From positions 63,237 through 127,236 of the forward strand of contig JAITCH010000010.1 in assembly GCA_031283185.1 (NCBI GenBank): a stretch of 64,000 nucleotides of DNA. The letters run 5' to 3'. Position 1 is the stretch's first letter, and each line of letters begins with the position of its first letter. The notes beneath the pieces are model-generated. The model did no database searches, was not told the DNA's origin, and worked only from the letters and a program-made list of their open reading frames with translations. The stretch is from Rickettsiales bacterium. Lineage in GTDB: Bacteria > Pseudomonadota > Alphaproteobacteria > Rs-D84. The position numbers and the translations under genes are program-made. Shown in pieces: positions 28,920 to 35,522 of this stretch.

Positions 28920-29116
28920 AGGAGTTAGAACAGTCAAACATTGATGACCCTGTTGTCTTACGAGCAACAGCATCCTGACCATAAGTCAGGACATAAAATC
29001 AGTGCAATGTTTCGGTGTTCTAAGCCAAATCCACTAACTATGTCTTATCCCTGTTTTAGAGAGACAATGGGATAATACTACTAAATTATATGAGATTCAA
29101 TCGGAAAAGAAGTTTA

Positions 29117-29194
29117 GCGGGGCGGGGTCTCCTGACCCCGCCCCGCAATCGTCATCCCCGCGAAGGCGCGGATCTCAAATTGTATAATGCAAAT
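29117..29194. repeat. composite repeat, family B: G-rich hairpin GCGGGGCGGGGTCTCCTGACCCCGCCCCGC + GTCATCCCCGCGAAGGCGCGGATCTCAAATTGTATAATGCAAAT
   Basis: Same architecture as the copies at 2898-2970, 3326-3406 (inverted) and 55347-55453. Confidence 0.8.
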
Positions 29195-29257
29195 AAAATT
29201 CCACGCCACCATTGACGGGTGTGATAGGGTAGGGGTAATTTCCCATTAAAAAACCTG

Positions 29258-29286
29258 TTGCAATCTACATCACCACCCCTTATAAT
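29258..29286 (+). promoter_or_regulatory. consensus-like promoter TTGCAA-N17-TATAAT for tRNA-Ala/tRNA-Cys
   Basis: Hexamers lie 10 nt upstream of the tRNA-Ala 5' end. Confidence 0.6.
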
Positions 29287-29296
29287 CGCAACCTGT

Positions 29297-29372
29297 GGGG
29301 TCGTAGCTCAGTTGGTAGAGCGCTACGTTCGCATCGTAGAGGTCGGGCGTTCGAGTCGCCTCGGCTCCACCA
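29297..29372 (+). tRNA. tRNA-Ala (anticodon CGC), CCA encoded
   Basis: A cloverleaf can be folded by hand, with a G3:U70 identity pair. The anticodon loop is TTCGCAT and the T-loop TTCGAGT. Confidence 0.9.
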
Positions 29373-29404
29373 ATTTTTGCCAAACTTCGTTTAGTTGCAA
29401 ATAA

Positions 29405-29478
29405 GGCTCGGTGGCAGAGTGGTTATGCAGAGGACTGCAAATCCTTGTATGCCGGTTCGATTCCGACCCGAGCCTCCA
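29405..29478 (+). tRNA. tRNA-Cys (anticodon GCA), CCA encoded
   Basis: Acceptor stem GGCTCGG/CCGAGCC, anticodon loop CTGCAAA and T-loop TTCGATT. Confidence 0.9.
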
Positions 29479-29599
29479 AATTTCAATATATTATGGCACA
29501 AATCAAGGCCTTACCTGCCGCGCCCGCCTAGGGCGGGGTGGTCGGCAGGCGTATTCGCCCATCCCAAAATAGACAAAATAATAAATTTCACTAAACTAC

Positions 29600-29627
29600 T
29601 TGACAAACGGAGGCAGTGTGCTATATT
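29600..29627 (+). promoter_or_regulatory. promoter TTGACA-N16-TATATT for the sRNA candidate
   Basis: Near-consensus hexamers read from the sequence. Confidence 0.5.
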
Positions 29628-29633
29628 AATGCT

Positions 29634-29834
29634 GTCTGGGGGGAAACTTCCAGCCAGATTCCTTGGGTCACCAGACTCCCTCCTACATTCTCTCTCCTCT
29701 GGCCCCAAGGAACCAAGATTTTGCCGCATTTCATTTACGCGCGGCGCAGAGCTTAAAGCATTCTGTTTCTCCTTTCCTTCCTCCTTCATTTGGAATGCTT
29801 TGGTCCCCCGGATAAAACCGGGGGAAGTTTTTTA
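29634..29834 (+). ncRNA. candidate ~200-nt CU-rich small RNA with its own promoter and intrinsic terminator (CCCCCGG-ATAAAA-CCGGGGG + T6)
   Basis: Delimited by a promoter and a terminator, with no ORF. The pyrimidine-rich tracts CUCCCUCCUAC and CUCCUUUCCUUCCUCCUUC resemble anti-Shine-Dalgarno seed regions. Confidence 0.45.
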
Positions 29835-29837
29835 TCT

Positions 29838-29866
29838 TGCAAACTGATTGTGCTGACATTAATATC
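29838..29866 (+). promoter_or_regulatory. promoter TTGCAA-N17-TAATAT for tRNA-Leu
   Basis: Hexamers lie 14 nt upstream of the tRNA-Leu 5' end. Confidence 0.55.
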
Positions 29867-29880
29867 AATGGGCTTAAATG

Positions 29881-29965
29881 CGGTCGTGGCGAAATTGGTA
29901 GACGCACTACCTTGAGGTGGTAGCGAGTAAAATCATGGGAGTTCAAGTCTCCCCGACCGCACCAA
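29881..29965 (+). tRNA. tRNA-Leu (anticodon GAG), long variable arm, CCA encoded
   Basis: Acceptor stem GCGGTCG/CGACCGC, anticodon loop TTGAGGT and an 85-nt length with an extra arm. Confidence 0.9.
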
Positions 29966-30029
29966 TAATTTTTTTCTAAAATAAATCCCGGCTTTCGCCG
30001 GGATGATTTTTTATCCTGCTATTTTTTGA

Positions 30030-30551
30030 TTAAAACCAGCTCCGTTCTTTCAGAACGCCCCAGCCGATTTTCTTGCCGTCTTTTTTGCCAATCGCTATTT
30101 TCATATTTTCCATTTCCGCCGCAGTTAATCCGGCCATAAGGAACGACATATTCACCCGTCCCTCGGCATCCGCGTGTAAAATCGGAAGCGTTATATTGCT
30201 GCGTTCCTTTTCGCACTTTGCGGTGGTTTTGTCGGCCTTATACTTTTTCATATCGCATTTGGAAATGTCGTAAAGCCACAGGCTGTAATCGTTATTCGGC
30301 TTTACTCCGCTGATTTCCACGCGCATCACCAATCCGCTGTCCTTTTCTGTGAATCTAATCACGCCAAGTTCGGTTTTGGTTTCGCCCTTGATTTTAATGA
30401 CGCGGGCGCGAAGTTTCGTAATGTCGTCATTATTATGCGTTTCAATCGTGGTTTCCGGCTTTGTGTTTTCGCCAGATCCCGAATCCGAACACGCGCCGAG
30501 TGCCACCACGGACACCGCAAGCATTGCAATTTGTTTCAATGAATATGTCAT
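30030..30551 (-). CDS. hypothetical lipoprotein (173 aa)
   Basis: Lipobox LGAC. No domain is confidently recognised. Confidence 0.5.
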   Translation of the reverse strand: MTYSLKQIAMLAVSVVALGACSDSGSGENTKPETTIETHNNDDITKLRARVIKIKGETKTELGVIRFTEKDSGLVMRVEISGVKPNNDYSLWLYDISKCDMKKYKADKTTAKCEKERSNITLPILHADAEGRVNMSFLMAGLTAAEMENMKIAIGKKDGKKIGWGVLKERSWF

Positions 30552-30679
30552 AAGTTTTTCCTTTGGTTGTTTTTTGTTGCATCAACATTTTACCGCGTTT
30601 TTTATAATTTGCCTTAGGAGTGAATTCCGCGCAAAAAATAAAGTTGAAAAAATTCTTAAATCCGGTATAGTAAAGCATA

Positions 30680-32119
30680 ATGAAAAAATACATAACCACG
30701 CCGATTTACTATATGAATGCCGCGCCCCATATTGGCAGCGCATATACCACCGCAATGTGCGATATTTTGCGCCGCGCTTATATCCGCCAAGGGCACGAGG
30801 TTTTCTTTACCAGCGGCAGTGATGAGCACGGCCAGAAAATGCAAGAGGCTGCGGAACGCGCCGGTATGTCATTTACGGAATTTTTGGATAAACAAAGCGC
30901 GCGGTTTAGGGAACTTACGATTGCGCTGAATGCCGCGCCGGATTTCTTTATTCGCACCAGTATGGATCAGCATAAAAAGATTGTCAGCGAATGGCTGGCG
31001 GACGCGCATCAAAAGGGCATTTTGGTAAAGAAAAAGTATAAGGGGCTTTATTGTGTCGGCTGCGAGCAGTTCAAGAAAGAATCAGATTTGATAGAGGGCG
31101 GCCTGTGCCCAGACCACCGCAAAGCACCGGTTGAAATGGAAGAAGAAAATTACTTTTTACCATTAGAGCCGCACCGCGAATGGTTGCGGGAATACATTGC
31201 GAAAAATCCCGAATGGATTCAGCCGGAAAGTTATCGCGCTGAAATTCTTAATATGTTATCAGAGCCGTTGGAGGATTTGTCCATTTCGCGGCCCCGGTCG
31301 CGGGTTGCACTGGGGATTGAATTTCCATTTGACGGGGATCATATAACTTATGTTTGGTATGACGCGCTGATTAATTATGTGTCTTCATTGCGTATAAACA
31401 AGTTTGATGAATTTTGGGCGGGCGCGATTCATGTAATTGGCAAGGACATATTAAAACCGCATTGTATTTTCTGGCCGATAATGTTGCGCGTTATGGGTAT
31501 GCCCCCGGCGCACCGCACATTTATACACGGATTTTGGACGGGCGAGGGCGGAATAAAAATGTCAAAGTCGCTGGGGAATGTAATTGATCCGTTTGAAGTT
31601 ATTGATGAAATCGGCGCGGACGCGTTAAGGTTTTACTTCGCACAGAACGCGGCGATTGCAAGGGATTCGACTATATCGCGGGAGTTGCTGAGAAAGGGCT
31701 ATGAAACCTTGGCGAACAATTTCGGCAATTTGTATCTGCGAACTTTTAAGATGATTGAGAAATATAATGTAGAATTCCCCTCCAAGGCTTGTCGCGCCGA
31801 AACGAAGTGTAGGCGGATGGAGGGGTCGGCGAAGCCGGGGGTGGTTGAGAATCTATCCGACATCCAAACCCTTGCGAATGATATTTTACGGCGCAGTTCG
31901 GAGTTAAATTTGTATATAGATCAGACGCAGCCGTGGGCATTGGCAAAGGACGAGGCGAAGAGGGATGAGTTGGTGCAGGTGCTGCAAACATTGGCGAATG
32001 GGGTTTTGGAATTGGCAGATGCGGTTGCGCCGATTATGCCGGATACTTCGGATAAAATTATTCAGTCATTCAAAACCAAAGAGTCCGTAGTCCTGTTTCC
32101 AAAGTTGGAAGATAAATAA
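30680..32119 (+). CDS. metG: methionyl-tRNA synthetase (short form)
   Basis: HIGH motif PHIGSAYT, zinc knuckles CVGC...CPDH, and KMSKS. Confidence 0.9.
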   Translation: MKKYITTPIYYMNAAPHIGSAYTTAMCDILRRAYIRQGHEVFFTSGSDEHGQKMQEAAERAGMSFTEFLDKQSARFRELTIALNAAPDFFIRTSMDQHKKIVSEWLADAHQKGILVKKKYKGLYCVGCEQFKKESDLIEGGLCPDHRKAPVEMEEENYFLPLEPHREWLREYIAKNPEWIQPESYRAEILNMLSEPLEDLSISRPRSRVALGIEFPFDGDHITYVWYDALINYVSSLRINKFDEFWAGAIHVIGKDILKPHCIFWPIMLRVMGMPPAHRTFIHGFWTGEGGIKMSKSLGNVIDPFEVIDEIGADALRFYFAQNAAIARDSTISRELLRKGYETLANNFGNLYLRTFKMIEKYNVEFPSKACRAETKCRRMEGSAKPGVVENLSDIQTLANDILRRSSELNLYIDQTQPWALAKDEAKRDELVQVLQTLANGVLELADAVAPIMPDTSDKIIQSFKTKESVVLFPKLEDK

Positions 32120-32123
32120 AATT

Positions 32124-32402
32124 CTAATGATGCATCGAATGGCAATTATGACAAACCGATACCAACCAGTCGATGGGTTCTCTGCCGATGTTCCTTGCAT
32201 ATTTTAAGTGATGAACTTGTGTCGCGCGAGCACCACAATATACGCAACGCCAATTATCTCGCTTGAACACCAAATAACGCTTTCGTTGCCAAGCATCTGA
32301 TTTAAGGTAGTCGTTCCGATAATAATCTCTCCGCCATTTCCGCTTCAAATTATTAAAAAACACAAACAAGATTATTAAAACTATTGAAAACAAAATTTGC
32401 AT
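32124..32402 (-). CDS. membrane-anchored HNH endonuclease-like protein (92 aa)
   Basis: An N-terminal TM helix followed by CVYCG...HHL...CHNCH. Confidence 0.65.
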   Translation of the reverse strand: MQILFSIVLIILFVFFNNLKRKWRRDYYRNDYLKSDAWQRKRYLVFKRDNWRCVYCGARATQVHHLKYARNIGREPIDWLVSVCHNCHSMHH

Positions 32403-32403
32403 T

Positions 32404-33243
32404 TTAGTCGTTCCGGTTAAATTTTAAAACAGAATTTTTATTATATGGGCTTGCATATTGCATTGGTTGTGATTTTTCCAAATAGACTATAATTACAAGA
32501 ACCAAATCCATAAACCAACTTATTTCTTCATTGTCAATGTCATGCGAATCAAAGCCCGGGGTCAACATATTAACATGTTTATAACAACAATATTTAGAAT
32601 AATAATTCGAGAAAGATTTTGCAAATTGATTTTCGCCAAGATTTTCCAAATTATCTAATTTCTTTGAGAATGCTCGGACATAACCTTCTGGATCCGGTCG
32701 TTTGTAAGAGTCTCTTAAAAGTTTTATTTTTTCTGCATTAGTTCCGCCGCGAGTGTTTAGTTTTGTGATCGCTTCTTTGTGCATTTCTTCATAAGTTTTA
32801 TGATTTGCTTTATCCAACTTAACTATGCTTGCGCCACTCTGATTGAGAAATTTCAATAAGGATATATGTGATTGTTGAGATGCAAGGTCGTCAAGATTGT
32901 TTTTATCCATATCAAGTATTATAATCATCCGTCCAACAGCGGAACGCGCTACACATTTATTGAAATTAAGAAGTTTAGGTTCTTTATCATTATCTTTTAT
33001 ATAGCTCAATATCGCACAGGTCTCCAACATCTGACCCGCTGTAAGGAATGCATCATAATAACATTTATTTTCTAGTAGAATTCCAAAGGATTTTATTGAA
33101 CTGCAAATGCGTTCATATAAAAGCCATAAAATATAAAGCATTGTGTCTTCGTTATTAAAAGCAGGGCGCGACATAGGGACGAAATCTTTTATGATTTGGA
33201 TTTTGCCCTCAATATTCCAATTATATTTGCGAGAATTCGTCAT
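32404..33243 (-). CDS. hypothetical protein (279 aa), operonic with the HNH gene and the lipoprotein gene
   Basis: A 1-nt gap to the HNH gene, and a 4-nt overlap with the upstream lipoprotein gene. No domain is recognised. Confidence 0.5.
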   Translation of the reverse strand: MTNSRKYNWNIEGKIQIIKDFVPMSRPAFNNEDTMLYILWLLYERICSSIKSFGILLENKCYYDAFLTAGQMLETCAILSYIKDNDKEPKLLNFNKCVARSAVGRMIIILDMDKNNLDDLASQQSHISLLKFLNQSGASIVKLDKANHKTYEEMHKEAITKLNTRGGTNAEKIKLLRDSYKRPDPEGYVRAFSKKLDNLENLGENQFAKSFSNYYSKYCCYKHVNMLTPGFDSHDIDNEEISWFMDLVLVIIVYLEKSQPMQYASPYNKNSVLKFNRND

Positions 33244-33674
33244 TCCATTTCTTTTTGCGGGATATAATAATCCGAAACTTTATAAAAATTATTAAACTTC
33301 TTTTTTTCATTCTCATTTATTAAAAGAATTGTGTAGTATTGGCTATGTTTTGTTATTTCGGTAGGTATATAGACACCATTTGATACATAGCCGCTTTGGG
33401 ATTTGCTTGTGTTGCCATCTTTTGACAACATAGAAAAATATTCATACCCCGTGCCATTAACAAATTTGGCAGTATTTCGCATACAACTATCTTTAACAAA
33501 AGTGTAATTTGCATACCCATTTCCGCCACAGAAAATACTAAATAATTTTCCATCTAGATGTTCGAATCCTGCTCCTAAAATTTCATTGGTTTTAAGTTCC
33601 TCCACATCAAATCCCGCGGTTGGTTGGGCGCAACCAAAACAAATTATAGGTAAAATCAAAGGCAGTTTTTTCAT
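33240..33674 (-). CDS. hypothetical lipoprotein (144 aa)
   Basis: Signal peptide plus lipobox ICFGCAQ. Confidence 0.5.
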   Translation of the reverse strand: MKKLPLILPIICFGCAQPTAGFDVEELKTNEILGAGFEHLDGKLFSIFCGGNGYANYTFVKDSCMRNTAKFVNGTGYEYFSMLSKDGNTSKSQSGYVSNGVYIPTEITKHSQYYTILLINENEKKKFNNFYKVSDYYIPQKEME

Positions 33675-33746
33675 ATCAAATCCTTTTTAAGAGACACCAG
33701 GATTATAGTCCAGGAAAATACAAAAACAATAAAAAAATTCCCAGCC

Positions 33747-33776
33747 TTGATTTTTACCGCCATTTCAGACTATAAT
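33747..33776 (+). promoter_or_regulatory. promoter TTGATT-N18-TATAAT placed 6 nt before the ATG (leaderless transcript predicted)
   Basis: Hexamers read from the sequence. The start given in the ORF track is the TTG of the -35 hexamer. Confidence 0.45.
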
Positions 33777-33782
33777 CATTCT

Positions 33783-34343
33783 ATGGCAAAGAATCTTTAT
33801 ATTATCGCAGGTGCAAATGGAAGCGGCAAAACAACGCTTGCCCACGAACTTCTTCGTGAAGAAAAAGACCTGGTCTTTCTCAACGCAGACGAAATCGCAC
33901 GGGAAATCAATGATGATTTGGGTCTTCGTGCGGGTAAAATTGTCCTGGAACGCGCTGACGAATTATTAAAGGCAAAAAAATCGGTTGCTTTGGAATCCAC
34001 CATTTCGGGAAAATATCACGAGCGTCTAATTGAAAAATTCAAGAAATCTGGGTATGAAATTGTCCTAATTTATGTCTTCCTTAATCTCCCGGAACTCAAC
34101 ATTGCAAGAATCAAAAATCGGGTTGCGCTTGGTGGGCACAATGTCCCTGATCAAGATGTCATAAGGCGTTTTCATAAAAGCGTTAAAAATTTTTGGGCGG
34201 CGACAGGGCTTGCCGACCGGTGGAAACTTTATTACAATGGCGATGACAATTATGAGCAGATTGCAGCCGGTCGGGATGATGTCCTTGAAATTCTGAATGA
34301 TGACCTTTATAATCGGTTTAAGAAAGGGCTGAAAAATGGATAA
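33783..34343 (+). CDS. zeta-toxin family P-loop kinase-like protein (COG4185-like)
   Basis: Walker A GANGSGKTT and the family-typical RV.LGGHNVP...IRRF motif. Confidence 0.65.
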   Translation: MAKNLYIIAGANGSGKTTLAHELLREEKDLVFLNADEIAREINDDLGLRAGKIVLERADELLKAKKSVALESTISGKYHERLIEKFKKSGYEIVLIYVFLNLPELNIARIKNRVALGGHNVPDQDVIRRFHKSVKNFWAATGLADRWKLYYNGDDNYEQIAAGRDDVLEILNDDLYNRFKKGLKNG

Positions 34344-34524
34344 AAAAGATTACGAATTGTCGGCAAAAATTACGCGCCTTGCCAATCGCGGTGTTCGCAA
34401 GGCAATTGATGCGGCGCATCGTGCGGGACTTGCCGTGCCATATGCTTTGGGCAATAAAATTTTATATCAACTTCCAGACGGCAGCATCACTGACAAACAG
34501 CCGAAAGTAATTAAGAAAAAATAA
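34336..34524 (+). CDS. small protein (62 aa), translationally coupled to the kinase-like gene (8-nt overlap)
   Basis: Overlapping stop/start ATGGATAA. No homology is recognised. Confidence 0.4.
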   Translation: MDKKDYELSAKITRLANRGVRKAIDAAHRAGLAVPYALGNKILYQLPDGSITDKQPKVIKKK

Positions 34525-34527
34525 TTT

Positions 34528-35301
34528 TTATTTCAACTCCAAAATCAATGGCGTATGGTCGCTGGAACTTGGGGCGCGGCGCGGGGATAAATCAATCTCA
34601 ATACTCTTCGCCATTGGCGCGGCCGCGCGGTTCAATAAAAAATAATCCAATCGCAATCCGTGTCCTTTTTCCAAACTTCCGCCGCGATAGCCAATCCAAG
34701 TATATCCAACTTCGTCTGGCCCGCGCAAAGCCCGCCAAGCATCCGTCCACCCGGCATCCAACCATTCCTGCATAATGCGCCGCGCCGCCGGGGCGGAAAT
34801 GGACGATCCTTCATAAGCCTTTGGATTCCACACATCAATATCCCGAATTGCAACATTAAAATCACCCACCAATATAGTCGGAAATTCGTCATCCAATAAC
34901 GGCGCGGCGAACTCCGAAAACTTTTTCATCCAATCAATTTTATAAGGAAATTTTGGCGAATCTTCCGCCTCGCCATTCGGCATATATACATTGACCAACC
35001 GCACGCGCCCGTCAATGATGCAGTCAACCATACGGGCATTCGGATCTCCCGGAAAAGTCGGCAGCCCGCGCGAAAAATCCTCTATGCTGAACTTAGAGAA
35101 CACCGCCACGCCGTTGTAAGACTTTTGCCCAAAGACCTTTATGTTATAGCCCAGGTGTTCGAAGATTATATGCGGAAATTGTTCGTCTTGCGCCTTGACT
35201 TCCTGGATCAGAATGACATCCGGGCGGGCGGCCTGCATCCAGTTGATAAAGTTCTCTGCGTGCGCGCGGATAGAGTTTATATTAAAAGTCGCAATTTTCA
35301 T
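34528..35301 (-). CDS. xth: exodeoxyribonuclease III
   Basis: MKIATFNINSIRA...QEVK, the EEP nuclease motifs. The start is chosen at the internal Met. Confidence 0.85.
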   Translation of the reverse strand: MKIATFNINSIRAHAENFINWMQAARPDVILIQEVKAQDEQFPHIIFEHLGYNIKVFGQKSYNGVAVFSKFSIEDFSRGLPTFPGDPNARMVDCIIDGRVRLVNVYMPNGEAEDSPKFPYKIDWMKKFSEFAAPLLDDEFPTILVGDFNVAIRDIDVWNPKAYEGSSISAPAARRIMQEWLDAGWTDAWRALRGPDEVGYTWIGYRGGSLEKGHGLRLDYFLLNRAAAPMAKSIEIDLSPRRAPSSSDHTPLILELK

Positions 35302-35316
35302 TTTTATCATCCATAA

Positions 35317-35454
35317 GTTCCCCTTCATTGAAGGGGTGTCGCCGCAGGCGACGGGGTAGTTTAGCCACATTTTGGCAAGCAGTGCGGTTATATGTGGTTA
35401 AACCACCCCGGCACTTCGTGCCACCCCTCCAACGGAGGGGAATTTTATTTTTAT
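35317..35454. repeat. composite structured repeat copy B (same architecture as 5123-5249, with compensatory stem changes)
   Basis: CCCCTTCATTGAAGGGG, GTCGCCGCAGGCGAC, the core GGGTAGTTTAGCCAC...GTGGTTAAACCACC, GGCACTTCGTGCC and CCCCTCCAACGGAGGGG. Confidence 0.8.
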
Positions 35455-35522
35455 TCTACACACTTTATTCCCCCCACTCCACACTTTTTTTTACGCGGCG
35501 TTTGTGATATAATGTTGGTAAT

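Noticed and set aside
28896-29090. Identification of the structured region upstream of the PAP2 gene as SRP RNA, tmRNA, 6S RNA or RNase P RNA
   Set aside because: None of the conserved motifs I checked for is present (SRP domain IV GGAAGCAGCC-type, tmRNA tRNA-like ends, RNase P P4). It is kept only as an unclassified leader or sRNA candidate.
29395-29847. ORF 29395..29847 (150 aa, TTG start) spanning tRNA-Cys and the sRNA candidate
   Set aside because: It starts inside the tRNA-Ala/tRNA-Cys spacer, reads through a tRNA gene, and has a Pro/Arg-rich low-complexity translation, so it is spurious.
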